Shown here: positions 1-13,520 of the stretch, piece after piece
How the letters are laid out: the number at the start of each line of letters is the position of its first letter
Numbering within the stretch: the stretch's first letter is position 1
Assembly: GCF_036321535.1 (NCBI RefSeq)
Contig: NC_087469.1
Coordinates: 12,214,001-12,278,000, forward strand
Length of the DNA: 64,000 nt
From: Camelus dromedarius
Taxonomy: Eukaryota
Reading direction: 5' to 3'
Translations under genes and position numbers: made by a program
Notes under the pieces: generated by a model
Databases searched by the model: none
What the model was told of the DNA's origin: nothing
The model's input: the letters and a program-made list of their open reading frames with translations, nothing else

Positions 1-994
1 TCAAAGAAGTCTTTTTCTTCCCTCTGTCTTGTTAAAGCCAAACACAGCCTTAAGAAACAACAAAAGTAAGACACTCTCACTTACATTAGAAATTCACCCT
101 CCCTTCTCATAGGACTTCTAAACTTCCTTCTCCACTTTACCGGGGAGCCAAGGGAAGAAGAGATGACTCCCTAGTGCTAAGGGGGAAGAGGTTTGGAGGG
201 GAAGCCATCTCATCAGCAAACAACAAAATGCACTTCCAAAATATATTTCGGAAAGATGCACGCTACTCACCCCATCCCCTCAACAAAAATAAAACTGCAC
301 GAAGCAGCCAGCATCTGAGCGGTCTAGACTTAGAGCCATAAGTGATATCTACCTGAAATAACAGAAGCTGTCTAGATTTTGTGATTAAATACGAGCCTTG
401 ATTTGTTGGTTCTGGGATCTTGGACAAATTATTTCTCTGTGCCTATTTTTTTATCTTAAAGATGGACTGACATCACTCCTTGCATGGTTGTTCTCAAAGA
501 GTTGGTACAAAGCATGGCCGAAGTCAAGAGACAGGAAACAGTCAGACAAAACATGAATGTCTGTTTTCTATTCTCAGGTGGCTGTAAGGACTCGTGGAGA
601 ACAGAGATATAGTCATGACAACAGATAATACATTTGAGCCCTTACTATATGTTAGACGCTGAGAGACGTACTTTCATGACAATTAAGGCTTTCTCTTAAA
701 ATGACTCAGTATATAGCAATGGAGCTGGAGTTCATACCCCGGCACTTGGACGCCAGAGTTCCTAGTCTGTCTTGCTACAATACTCTGCCTCATGGATAGA
801 GAGAAAACAAACACATGGAAACTAGGACACTTGAACTATAGTTTTCATCTCCCACAGATAGTTATTTGGCCTGGAAAAGTTGCCTAACTTCCCTGACCCT
901 CAGTCTTCCCAGCTGTAAAGTGGGGGTGTTAGATGCCACTGGACTGCTCAGGTCATGTCTCTTCTAAAAATACTATGGTCCTGTGATTTGCGAC

Positions 995-1281
995 TTTTTC
1001 CCTAGTTTTACTGAGATATAACTGACATATAACATTGTATTAGTCTAAGATGTACAACCTAATAATTCAGTATTTGTATATACTGTGAAATGATCACCAC
1101 AGTAAGTTTAGCTAACATCCACCTCCTCAGTTACAATTTTTAGTGTGTGATGTGAATGTTTACGATCTACTCTCTTAACACCTTGCAAATATATAATAGA
1201 GGATGGCTGACTACAGTTCCCACGCTGGACGTTACATCCCCAGGGCTAACTTATCTTATAACTGGAGGTTTGTACCTTTTA
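995..1281 (-). mobile_element. L1 3' end fragment (L1MA9-like), antisense
   Basis: Starts with a T-rich tail, then 'ttttactgagatataactgacatataacattgt...gtatttgtatatactgtgaaatgatcaccacagtaagtttagctaacatcc...atcttataactggaggtttgtacctttt', the reverse complement of the L1MA-class 3' UTR. Subfamily from memory. Confidence 0.85.
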
Positions 1282-3109
1282 ATCATGGTCTTGTGATTTA
1301 TGCTTGTTTTAATTAACTAAGGTCATTTAGGTTTTCAAAACTGGTGAATCACTTGGCCAACAGAACAGAAAGTGTGAAAGTCTGTAAAGAGAACCCTCTC
1401 AAGTGAGTTTAAAAACAAAACAAAACAAAACAACAACAACAAAAAAAAAAACACGGGTTCTCCCTGGAACCTCTAGAAACGAAAAGAAATGGCATTTTTC
1501 AGACGTAACCCTGGGACCTTCTTCAGGGCTTCGTCATCTCACAGTCTTGACAGTGTTTCCTGTTACACGCGGACATGAAATATTTTATAGTGTAAATGTC
1601 AAGAAAAAGTGATGGCTCTGAAGAGGCGAGGACAGATCCAGAAAAGCGGCTGAAGCCACAAGCACAGCCCACGTGCTGCACGGTTATCCCGGTACCCACG
1701 GCATCTGTGGGAAGACCGGGCCAGAACATACCTCGAGAACACGGCGGTCAGGGGAGAAAGCCAGGGCTGGAAGCCGGAGCCCAGCACTAACAGGCTCATC
1801 CTCTTCTGACTTTTCTATTTAATATCAAGTAGGAATCAAAGATCAGAGCTTCTTGATCCAAGACAGTCCTTAAATTTTCAGGTGTAGAGTGATGGTGTCC
1901 CCCCTCCGCCCACCCCCAACCCCTGGTAAAGAGTCATGATGAAACCCCGTCAGAAATGGCTGACGGAAAAGCCTTGCCGTGACTCCAGTCGAAACTGCTG
2001 AAGCATCAGAATTCTGTGGTGCTTTTATTATCTTGTGGAATGCGTGTCCCTGGGGTACTCCTTTGAGTTCAACTAAAATGACAGTTTAATTCTTGGTAAA
2101 TGAGTGCTAATTAAAATGCTGGGGGAAAGACTGTCATAATTGAATAATGAGAATAATGCAGCATACATTTGTTTAAAGGTTCCTGGAAGCTGAATTTAGG
2201 GATCAAAAAAATGGGCTCTCGTCGCTCACAGGCAAAACTGGTTCCCTGAAAAGTCTTTACTACTCAGCGTGCATATCCACAACGACAAGTCCGCATCTTG
2301 AGTAGAAACTGTCGTGAAGCTGCACTGAGAGTCTGGCTCTTACCTTCACGTGGGTCTTTTGCAAAACGTCTGTGAACAGGTTCCTCGCCCCCAGACTTTG
2401 TGAAATGTAGGCTGAAGTGGAAGCAGTGGTGTGTGGAAATCTATTTCCAATTTACCCTTAGACAGGTAGCTGTGATCGCCTCTCCAGAGTTAAGTCTCTA
2501 GAAGGGAATACGCTTTGACATAAGGATGCTTTTACGAAACTGGAGAGTCAGACAAGGCCAAGATTCTAAGTGTTCAGAAGGAAGCGATGCGGTTTAGTGG
2601 AAGGGGCACTAAATTCTAATCTTAGCCTTGTCAGTAATTCTAAGACAGGATGTAAATAATTTAGTCTAGATTCTCATCATGAAGCCTGTTTGGAGGATAA
2701 GATGAGATAATACATTTAAAGCAACTTTAAAAGACAAAAAAAAAATTACATAAATGAAATAATGCCTTATCTTTAGGAACTGCTTGACTCTCGTATAAAT
2801 GATGTAAGCCTTCTATTTATTTTCCTAATTCAGATGATTCTGGTGAATCATTTTAACAGGTTAAATCCGCTTGGCCAAGCTCATTACAGTGGAATTTTAT
2901 TAGGAAAATGTAAATTATCCTAATACACAAAATGTATCCTTCATCCCGCACAATGTCCAATTTATATACTAGCCCCCACCCCAGCTGCTGAGATAATTGG
3001 ATTGACTTTCATGCTTCTCAGTTCCTACGTGTCCTCTGGCTCTCCTGTCCTGGTCATAGTTCATTTCAAAGGCTTCAGGATTGTATTGAATCCAACCTAT
3101 TCAGTGAGT

Positions 3110-3271
3110 NNNNNNNNNNNNNNNNNNNNNNNNNNNNNNNNNNNNNNNNNNNNNNNNNNNNNNNNNNNNNNNNNNNNNNNNNNNNNNNNNNNNNNNNNNN
3201 NNNNNNNNNNNNNNNNNNNNNNNNNNNNNNNNNNNNNNNNNNNNNNNNNNNNNNNNNNNNNNNNNNNNNNN
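3110..3271. other. Run of 162 N (unknown or masked sequence)
   Basis: Directly visible. Flanks give no clear family; the size is compatible with a masked short repeat. Confidence 0.95.
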
Positions 3272-3643
3272 TACTAATCCAGCAGAGTTTAGTGGCCCTG
3301 ACAGCTCCAGCAGCGCTGCTTGGATGCCCCCCTTATGAATATGCAAAGACAATCTTTCACTTACAAAAGAAACTGATATAGCCATTATGGCCTGTGGTTA
3401 ATCAAACCGCCATTCACTCTCCTCTGCTTTGAGAACCGTCATCAAGAAAACGTGTTGCTAAGCAAACTTCGCGGTAAGAACCTGACTCCCGTAAAAATGA
3501 CTGCCTAGAGGCTAGCTCGCTTAGAAGTAAGGATCCAGGGTTTTTTCAGCCTCTAATTTGATTTCCTGTAAAATCTAAGCTCATCAAGTTAGAGGAAGAT
3601 CTGGAAGTTGCTCACACGTTACTCATTTTAACAAGTTAGAGTT

Positions 3644-3697
3644 CACACACACACACACACACAAATACACATGCACTCACATACACTCACACACACC
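3644..3697. repeat. (CA)n microsatellite with degenerate extension
   Basis: About 10 pure CA units followed by 'aatacacatgcactcacatacactcacacacacc'. Confidence 0.95.
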
Positions 3698-3887
3698 AGG
3701 TCCTTCCACTTGCCTCTGTAACTACTTTCTGGAAAACATCCAAGCTCAGGCCAAGGAAATGCATAATAGAGAAGCTGCTGACTTCCCAAGCATCTGGTGA
3801 ATTCACAACTTCCATTGAGCCTTACATAATGCATCATCACTATTCATTCTTCCACAGACATCCATCTTAGTCATTCCCACCTCCCCC

Positions 3888-3930
3888 AGGAAACATGATC
3901 AAGAGGAAACATGATCAAGAGGAAACATGA
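3888..3930. repeat. 16-bp tandem repeat, about 2.7 copies
   Basis: 'aggaaacatgatcaag' at 3888-3903 and 3904-3919, then 'aggaaacatga' at 3920-3930. Confidence 0.97.
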
Positions 3931-4785
3931 AGGGCTTCTTTACATATCAAATTCTTAAAGAACACAGGAGGAGAAATTCACTTCCTGGCTTTGCAACAGA
4001 TTTTCAGTGCAACCTTAAAAGACCACTTAAAACTACCTGCACCGTGGATTCTATAACCCCCAAAATGGAGAGTAACACTGTCTATGACATCAAGATGAGG
4101 CTGTAAACCTGCCTACACAAGAGTTCAGGAACTTTTTAAACAACCTGGATTATCAGGTTCCGTCAAGGTTAGTCAAAACCTCTGTTTTGTGGGATCCAGG
4201 CAGTTTCCTTCAGTAGGTGCTGGGTCAGTGGTCTCAATTCCCCTTCCCAGACAACAATCTCAGTTTTCCACTTGAAAAAGAATGCCAGGAGATGCGATGG
4301 ATCCTAAGGCACTGGGAAATGAGATTCTAGCAAAAATAACCAAACATTTAATCTCTCAGCTACTAAATTTATTTTGGAAAAACTGCTATACTAGATGGTG
4401 GCTGTAAATTACAGGTTATGTCACATAATGTTAACATTTAATGGCTTTATTCCAAATAATATTGCTTACAACCTTTTTCCAGTCTTTTTTTTCATGTAAG
4501 AAACTTGATTAGAGAATGACGTGCCTTCCCTCAAACTAGGGTGTTTTGGTAGCAGAGGTATGTGACAGAGGGTAAGAGATGAGTTCTAAACTGTCCTCAG
4601 ACACTTTCAAGCTCCACTCAACTCTGAGCTTCCTGAGGGCAGGAACTGTGTGATATTTACCTCTGTATCTCTGGCACGGTACTTGGCACGTGTGACGTTC
4701 TGACTCATGAGTTTGAGTTAAAAAATAAGTAAGTAAGAAAATGGCTAATGTAGTATTTTCCGTTAGTATGATGGCGGCCATGGGT

Positions 4786-4955
4786 CAGTGTTTCTCGGAC
4801 TACAGTCCCGAGGCACCTGAGGACCCTCTGAAAGCTGAGCCTCCCAGGCCCCACCTGAGGTTACTGAATCCCAGTCTTTCCTGGTGGGGCAGGAATTTGT
4901 AATTTTAACAAACTCCCAGGTGGTCCTTGGGCACATTCTGGTTAGAGAACCTCTG
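4786..4955 (+). mobile_element. MER5A-like hAT-Charlie MITE
   Basis: Terminal inverted repeats 'cagtgtttctc' and 'gagaacctctg'. Internal 'ggccccacc...tactgaatc...ggtgggg...ttttaacaa...ccaggtg' matches the MER5A layout; about 170 bp. Confidence 0.85.
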
Positions 4956-7119
4956 CTTTGCTTTTTTTTTTTTTTTTTGTCTCAAAAATACTGTTTTTGC
5001 TGGAACTCTTCAGTCAATATGAAACAAACGATGGTTCCAATGCCTGGGGACCTTCTGTTCCAAAGGCCTGCTGTTTATTCTTGGTTTAAGGGTTGTGATG
5101 TTGGATCTCCCACCACCCGTAGGTAATGCTAACACCTAGGTGGCTGTTGGGTGCTCTGTCCGTCTCTGTGTCAGATGCATGAACTCAGTTTCTCTTACAT
5201 CTGTTTTGGCGTCTGACTGACGTGGGTTGATTAGTTAAGGTTTCCTAATAAAGGGAAGCTAATGGACCTTTTAGTCAGGTGGGGGGTGTGTGTGTGTGTT
5301 CGCATTTAAATGCTTTGATTTTCCTTTATTTATTCAATTAATTCATCAGCTTGCAACTAGTCAAGTGTGACTTCTTAATAATATGGGTCACAACTGTTCC
5401 TTCAATCAACTCTTGGCATTGAGTGCCCCCCTCTCTTTCTTAGAACATCTGTAGAAGACCTTGACCTGCTTTGTCTACTTCTTAAGGAAAGGGTTCTTTG
5501 TGGAGCACTTGTGGATTTTTATATTCAGCCAGGAGTCAAACACGTGGAAGTACACGCTGATGAACAGCTGGGCCCACGTCCCTGAGAGCCATGCTCCTCG
5601 GGGGGCCACGGCGGCCTGATGAAGAAGCCCTCTTCCGTAACAGCAGACAGGAATCAGGGTGTCCCCCAAGCCCTCAGCGAAGCTTTTCATTCAATCTTCT
5701 TGGTTAGAATTGCCACGTCTGGCACATCTGTCAACACTGTACTTAAAGCTTCTGTGACATGACAAAATCCTCAAGGGAAGAAAGTGATGCGATGTCTTTT
5801 TTCCCCTTTCATCTTGTACTGTGTCTCTGCAAAGCATCAGGAAAGATGCAAGACAACTTGCTTGATTCCATGCAGGTGACCATGCGGTCACGTGAATGAG
5901 TGGTTAAACAGAACTCGGTTTCTCAGACCTCAAGGGTTCAGAGAGTTCAGATCAAAGATGGGAGAGGAGCATACACTGAGTCCCCCTGGCGAATCTGCTG
6001 GAACCCCAGCTCCTCCAGGACTACCTCTGGGCCTCTGGAGAGCTCACGTGTTTTCCCCGAAGAGCCAAAAGCCCCCTCCAATGGTGCTGATCAGTCTCTC
6101 CTCTGCTTCGTGGCCTGCATGCTAGCCGTGCTGGGGACTTGTTGATTTCATGCATTGACGACCATTGCTGTTGACCTGCTGTCTCATACGAGGCCCCTGA
6201 TTGTACAGTCACTGTGGTCCTTTTATGGTCTGGACCACTTCAAAAATTTGCAAGACACAAGATTGGGGTGGAAATGGAAGAAAAGAGGCAGAAGAAAGGT
6301 TCTACCTCCTCCAGCATCAGAATGGCCTCGTGAAGTCCAAACAGAATGCCCTTCTTCCCAGGGCTCTTGCTGGTGTGAAACTTATTTCATTTGATGCTAT
6401 TTTTCAGTTACTTTCATAAAACTCTGCCCCTCAAAGAACAGAAATAAAAACACTTGCCCCCGGTTCTCTCTGACTCAAGGTCAGAGGCAGTGATCACTCC
6501 CAACACCAAGCCTCTCTGTGCGCCATCAACCAGGGGCCCTGGGCAAGAAGAGTGCAGTGGCTGCCCCCTACTGGCTGCCCTGGTCGTTGGCACAACAGCC
6601 CTTGCCTGTCCACTCCTCTGAGATGCCGAAGAATAAGTGTCCTGCAGCCTGCCCAGCCAGGTCCAAGTGCCCCAGAGCAGCTCCCTTCCAGAACGTCTGC
6701 TGTGTACGACTTTAGCCAGATCTGCCAGAGATGAAGGCGAGCCCCCTCCAGCTATCCAGTAAAATTGCCAATTAAATCAGAGAAACCAGATTGGATCTAG
6801 TGGATGTCTCTGACTCAGCTGGCCTTAGGGAACCAGTGGCTGCCAGCAGGTGGCTCAGAACAACTCTTTGTAATATTCATTTCATGTTGCTTAAAGATGT
6901 GAAAAAGACCCAGTCTACCAGCTTCTGGTGTTTGACAAACCAGGCTGCTGTTGGATCCTATTTGAACAGACAGCTGTGTCTGAGTGGTCCAGGGAGAGCC
7001 TTCCCAGGCAATCAAGTAAGGTCAGCACAAACTCCCCAGACTAGCTAAGGGCTGGGATGTACCTAATCCCATGAAAACCTAGTGGCAAGCCATGTGCACT
7101 GCTGATCCTTTCACACACA

Positions 7120-7225
7120 CACTGATTCATTCACCATCATTCATTCACTAGTCACTCAACAATCATTTATGGAGCTCTCATCTGTGCCCCTCACCGTCGC
7201 AGGTGCTGGGCACATACTGTCTCAG
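7120..7225 (-). mobile_element. L2 3' end fragment
   Basis: 'cattcattcactagtcactcaacaatcatttatggagc...gtgctggg' resembles the antisense L2 terminus (ttcattcaacaaatatttattgagc). Confidence 0.65.
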
Positions 7226-8287
7226 CTGCCACAAAGCCATGAAGGCTAGGGACAAATTCTGACCATGTCTGTACTTTCTCATGCATCAGTCAGAACCTTT
7301 CCTGAACAATCTGCAGGATGCAATTCTTGCAACAAAACAACGTTGTCAAAAAGTATTTTTTTAAGTGCATGATACAATAGCAAAATGAATCATGTACACC
7401 CTGCATTCCAAATCAAACAGAGGTTTCTGTCTAAGCCAGGAATGGAGCTAACATTGCCTAATATCTAATCTAGTCCACCCTCCATTGTTTTGCAAGAGCA
7501 AGCCTGTATCAAGCATCTGATTCCTACAGCTAGGAAGAACTTAACTTAGATTGTGCCTAGTAATAAACCAAGAAACAAATCGATAAAATCACAATCATAT
7601 AAAAAGGCAATACTTTGCCTTCTGCGTAAAGCCTTAGCTCAGCAATAAATAAGGGCAAACAGGATCTGAGTTAATTGTTATGAAATGCCTTCTTGACCTC
7701 TTTGTCTGCTGGATACAAAGACATACACCTTCCTGTATGTATCGATCATATACAGTCGGTCAGTCAGAGCCTTCCCAACACTCACTGGCGAACATTTTAA
7801 CAGCTTAGTTACTTGGTTGTTTGGAGTATATCAGATTGCAAACAACAAATCAGAAGTAGGGTGAGAGGCTTTTAAGTTAAGCATGAAGACAACAGAAGAG
7901 CAGGTTGATAACATGGCCAGAAGAACTGGCATGAGGCACACATTTTAAGATGATAACAAAATATATGCTAAGTATTTTTCTAGATTTCCATCCACAAACG
8001 ACTTAAATACAATTCACCAATGTGTGCATTTTCAAGTAACGCATTTCCAAGTAGAACCTTACTCCAGAATGGCAGCTTGTAAAGTCTGTTAGAGTTCTTA
8101 GATGTGTATTAAACCCTTTCATCCTCAGAGCAACACTGAAAGGCAAGTAGATATGTATTCATTTACCTTTTCATTGTTCATTCATTACTTCCATTATTTT
8201 TTTCCTTTGCACTTTCACTTACTCGATCAGTTAATGAGCATCTGTGGATTAGCTTCCTGCTCCAGGCGGCGGGCGGGCCTCTTACCC

Positions 8288-8330
8288 TGTTCTGTCCAAT
8301 ATGGCAGCCCCTAGCCGCACGAGGCCGCTG
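8288..8330 (+). mobile_element. MER3/Charlie-like fragment
   Basis: 'ctgtccaatatggcagcccctagccgcacgaggcc' resembles the MER3 motif gctgtccaatatggtagccactagccacatgtggc. Short match only. Confidence 0.45.
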
Positions 8331-9834
8331 AAATTAACTAACGCGAAATGAAACTGCACTTCAAAGTCTTTCTATTCTGGATATGGGGGAAGATGAGGAG
8401 GATGGGGGTTGTGTGCTTGTCCTGGTCCAGAAGATGCTCAGCATAGCCCCTGCCCCACACCTAATCCCCTTCTTGTTAGTCGCTTTTGTTCCTGGTTGCC
8501 AGCACATCCCACCCACCTGCAGGTAGCATGCTGCCAAAGTCAGTTAGGCAGGGGACTGTCTCTCCTCTTCTCAGTGATTTCCAGGAACCCCATATCCACA
8601 GTTGGTCACCTACTCTAATGCTCTCCTGATAGTTTAAAAATGGTCCTTATTGTTGACAGCTGGAAATGTTCCTATTAAAACAATCTAACTCCCCTTCCCT
8701 TCTTTGCCTTTATCTCCATTTTTCAGGTGAGAGATCCTCAAGACAATAAAACTCTCACTTCTCAAAGATGAGCTGCATCACCTTTTATCCCCTGCTATGC
8801 TCACTGGTGGCAGCTTTCTTCAGAATAAAACCTGTTTCTTGAAGGATATCTGATGTATCTTCCCAGGGAACACTCAAGTCTTTTTCTCCACCAGCACATT
8901 AGATGTTGAAAAGGAATAGTCTTTGATATCTCAGAGCTTCATCAAAGTTTAATTTCTTTTTAAGAAGAAAACAGAGAATTGAAATGCAGAGGAAGCACTG
9001 GCCCAGCAAGAAAAAATTAATAGTCAAAGTAAGTGGGTGGGATGTAATGAAGATGCTGGACGTTAACCCTAAGGACAACTTGAGGGTTTGTTTCTTTTTT
9101 AAGAATTAATGTTATTTATGAAAGAAGTAAAAACAGGAAGAACAGTGATGTGAAGAGGCAACCAGAAAATGTCTGAGGAAACTATAGGAATGACCATATT
9201 AGGCTCAAAGGAAAATGGAGACTCTGTTGTCACCATCAAAGGCTAATCACAGAGAAGAACATGGGGCGGTGTGGCCTCAGCCAGAAAGCGAAGCTGCCTG
9301 GCCCTCAATGAACGTGAGTTCTGAGGAGCCCCAGAGTAGATGGGCCCACCAGGGGTCATTCCGCCCTGGGTATACTCAGTCCACCAGCTGAAGCCTTCCT
9401 TCCTCCTCTCTGTTCCCCAACCACTGGTTTCCAGAATGTAAACCAGTTCCCTCCTGGACTAGAGTCCTGTTCTGAACCCAGGTGACTTGCCAGCTGTCAT
9501 AGGGGGACTGGACCCTGTCGGGCAGTGCTCTGACTTTAATACAGCTATTACCTCTAGCCTAACAGGTACTGTCATTTCTTTGAGAACCTTATTATAATAT
9601 CCTCCTCCCAGACTGACCTCCTATGAATACTGAGACCAGCCTGCATTGGACCCAAATCAGCCATGCCCCCTTGATACTGTGATCACATTCCTACAGCTGT
9701 GTTTACTCTAGCTCTGATCTACCCTCCTCCAGCCAGCTGGTCACTGAGATACTATCAAACTTCCCAGTCTCAAGCCAGTCATTGCAGATCTGAGACGTTC
9801 GCACAGAATCAGACACGCGAATGCCACAGAGCTT

Positions 9835-10150
9835 TGCAGACTGAAGTAAGACATTTGGATTTCATTCTAAGTATGACTGAAGAATGTGAAGCAAAAGAGT
9901 GACAAGGTTTGTCATGCCTTTAAAAATGCAACTCTGGCTACAAGGTGAAGACTGGATCTTGAAGTGGTGAAAAGAAGACGCCAGGTGGCCCATCAGGAGG
10001 CCATGCAGGAGCCCTGGACCCTCTGAGCACTCACACGGCAGTCCAGGTGAGAAATGAGGATGACTTGAACTAGGGTGGTAGCAGTAGGGACACGAATAAA
10101 AGGACTAAGGACATATTTTGAAGGTAGAGCTAACATTTTTATACTGGGGG
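9835..10150 (-). mobile_element. L2 fragment
   Basis: 'catttggatttcattctaagt...gtccaggtgagaaatgaggatgacttgaactagggtggtagcagt...attttgaaggtagagc', typical antisense L2 body. Confidence 0.8.
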
Positions 10151-10865
10151 GAAAAAAGATGGCTGGTACTCTTGTCTGTATTGGGGGACATCTGTTTAAA
10201 CCGTAACACACAGAGGATTTCAGTAGGACGTAAGTAAGAATTCCATGTTAATTTAGGACTAATTAGCACTGACATATTTATCTATATGTAGATGTTAGAA
10301 TTTTCCAGGGAGACTACTTTGGAATAAAACATGTATCTAACTGCCTAATGTAACCTAAAAGATGTTTATTTTAATAATTTATCAACTTGGGGAGGTGAGT
10401 CTAAGGACACTGAACATTGCAACATACCAAGAGTATACAGTGTGTATATTAGACGTAGATAACACAACAAAACCTGGGAGTGGGGCTCACGACCCAGGGC
10501 ATCGACGTCACATAAAGTCCCAGACGTGTAGCCGTGTCTGTTGACATGTAATAAAGTCTTCCAACACAAAATTGATTATGCACTAAAACTTATCATTGAA
10601 TGAAATGCCCGAAGAAGATTGTAAATTAGTTCAAACTGTACAGCCATCAGAGTAATGGTGTATGTGGAATTTCTTAAATCCTATCATCGCTGCCAGGGTC
10701 CTTTCTCAATGTGAACTGTGATTCTATGCGCAGATAACCCATCTCTGGTAGGAGACAATTAGGACCTCAGTGACATCCGTTATTCTGTGGTGCTTTCCAG
10801 CTCTAACATTCTATCACGCCATCACCTCGTACCAGGTGTTTCAAAGATTTATCTAAAAAATACCA

Positions 10866-10989
10866 GGGTGGGTATAACTCAGTAGTGAAGTGTATGCCTA
10901 GTATGCATGAGGTCATGGGTTCGAGCCCCACTACCTCCGCTAAATATAAATAAGTAAATAAGCCTAATTACCTTCCTGAACAAATAAAT
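10866..10989 (+). mobile_element. tRNA-derived SINE (camelid vic-1 type), diverged copy
   Basis: Degenerate A box 'tataactcagtagtgaag', B box 'gggttcgagcccc', tail 'tacctcc...aaataaataagcctaattacc', and 8-bp target-site duplication 'aaatacca' (10858-10865 and 10990-10997). Confidence 0.85.
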
Positions 10990-12399
10990 AAATACCACCC
11001 TTTTCCCCACAATAAAATGCCAAAGAAATTCCCACAATTTGCCATTTGAAACAGACGGCTCGGTTACACAGCCTGAGCAGCAGCGTCCTAACTAGATTGT
11101 TGATTTCATTTGTGAAATTTGTCTTTGAACAATGACTGATGGTTCTTGGATGTTAAAAACAAAACAAAACAAAACAAAAAAAAACCAGTGCTCAATAATC
11201 TCGCTAGTGTATCAAATTATCAAATGTCTTGGTCCCAGATAAAGCAAGACCAGTGACAGGTACAACCGTTCCATGTGTCTGCATCCCAGAGACCATCAGG
11301 AGCTAAGTGTGCTTGTGCTTCAGATCTTTTATCATATTTGCTTCGAGACAAAATGAAAGAAGTCTATCACCACATGAATTCCAGAAATGAGGCTAAAAAA
11401 TAAAAATCTCCAGCAGTCTGCAAAGAATTTCAAACACAGAATCTACTCAGTTTCTAGGCTGGGAGAAGCATTCAATTGCTCTTGTAGCACCTGAGAAGGA
11501 ATTTATGCTACAAGCAGCTGCCCAAACCTCCTTAAAAAGGCTCCCTTCTGGTTGTTGGAAGATGGTGATGGGGCTTTCTGCCAGCATCACTTAATAGAGC
11601 CAAATACTCCAAACCAAAAATAATAGCATCAACTCCAAGAGCTCAAAACAAACAAAAATCTCCACAATGAACCATAACATATCTGGGATATACACTGCCC
11701 ACCGTCTGTCTAGACGGAGGGAGCACAAGGTCCCTGTTGGCTCTCTCTGCCTGGTACAATTGATTCTTGGTGCTTTTGAAGCCGATATCTGGTAAATTGA
11801 TTTCTTCTTTATATTCCTCTTTCAATAGTCCTTTAGAGATAATGTATGCAAAATTACTGCCCTTGAAATGCCTTTATACATTCTCACTTTATGAAGTTTT
11901 TAAACTATGATGATGTGAACAAATTCTAAAAGGATCTGGCAGACATCGGTGGGTCTCACCAAAGCCAGTCACCAGAATCACACCTCTATTTGGTACGGGG
12001 GGAGGGCAGGTGATTACACTGGTGTCAGGAGTGCTGAGTGTATTAATGGTGCCCCTACTCACTAACTGAACAACTCGGGAAATTCTCCAACCTTTCCACA
12101 CCCCAGGTGCCTCAACAAGAAAATGAGATTAACCACAGTCCCCCAGCTCACCTCACAAGATTGTCAGGTTACTGAAATACGATCAACCTTTTGCAAATTT
12201 TAACTTCAATTCATGTAGTTGAAGGCATGTTCAATCAGTTATAAAATGGGGATAATTTCAGCAAGGGGACTAAGCGAAGCTCCCTTAGTGGACTTGGAAA
12301 TACGATGTCTCATCCAACTCCAGAGTTAGGAAAAGAAAAAAGAAAGCGATTCGGTAACAAATGATTTGGTAACAAAGCAAACGGCAGCTGAAGACTCAC

Positions 12400-12610
12400 T
12401 TTTGCTCACTCAGGCATCGTCTCGTTTAACCCTCGCAGCAGCCTTACAAGGAGGTGCTCCTACTCCCGCTTTACAGGAAAGATGACTGAAGCTTTGCGAG
12501 TCAAGTCTTTTTTGCCCGAGGTCACTTCCAGTAGGCAGCTGAGTCCAGCATTCAAACCTTGCCTAGTCTGACTATAAAACGCATGCTCTTAACCACTCTG
12601 GGGCTGATCA
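12400..12610 (-). mobile_element. MIR SINE
   Basis: 'ctcgtttaaccctcgcagcagcc...gctttacagg...gaggtcac...cattcaaacc...tctgactataaaacgcatgctcttaaccact' is antisense MIR. Confidence 0.8.
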
Positions 12611-13319
12611 CCTACAGAGCTGCGAGTTCATGACCCCAGCCCCTCAGTCTGGCCTCCACACTCCCTTGCCACCCTTCCACATCTGCCCGATGCTTGTCCT
12701 GCACTGTCCAGCTCTGCACTGTTACTCCTGCCTTCCGCCCTTCCTGAATCACTCCCCTCCGCTTCACCACAACTTTTGCATCCTGTCAGGTTCACCGGAA
12801 GCCTGGCCTTTGCTTGTATCTCTCTGACAAAACTCCATTTCATACTGATTTCTCTGTATCACTGCGTTAGTTGGTCAGTCATGTCTTAGAACCATAATAC
12901 ACTCTGCTTGGCTTTTCTGTGAAGGCACGGAATATGTAAATACATCCCTCCTCTCTCTCCCCATAAGTGCCCAAGACAGCAGTAAGTTAACAGAAAACTT
13001 CTTAGATCATTACGGGGGGACATTAACAAAAGCTTGAGTTGCCTTACTCAAGTCTAGCCTGGCCCTCCCAGCCCTGACACTGTCCCAGGGCAAACAGCAA
13101 GCACAACACTAGGCTGTGGGCTGGAGAGCAAGACACGGTCCTCCCGTCACCAATCGGCTCAGGTTATCGGGGGAGACAGACAAAGAAGCCACAGTGTCAG
13201 GCCAAGAGAACTGTAGCAGGTTCGAGAGAAGCCCAGAGGAGCAGCAGATTACCCAGCCTCTGAGGCTACATGGAAGTTATTTGGTGAGTTTGGTATTTAT
13301 CGTGAAATTTTAAGAATCA

Positions 13320-13520
13320 TGTAACAACAACAATCAACGCTTGCTGCACGTATCACCTCACTTAATCCTCCCAATCGCTCTGAAAAGCAGACGCTCTCAT
13401 CACTCCATTTTACTGATAAGAAAACGGGGGCTGGTGTGGAACAGCTGGCTCAAGGGCACTAGTAGCCGCTAAGAGGAGCGCCCGCCCCAGGCAGCCTGGC
13501 TCTCAGAGACCGCACTTCTC
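13320..13520 (-). mobile_element. MIR SINE
   Basis: 'cacttaatcctccc...ccattttactgataagaaaacgggg...ctcaagggcactag' is the antisense MIR core. Confidence 0.75.

Noticed and set aside
5475-5690. 71-aa minus ORF ending ...FHVFDSWLNIKIHKCSTKNPFLKK that looked protein-like
   Set aside because: I could not match it to any known protein or processed pseudogene; no poly(A) tail or target-site duplication. A BLAST search would settle it.
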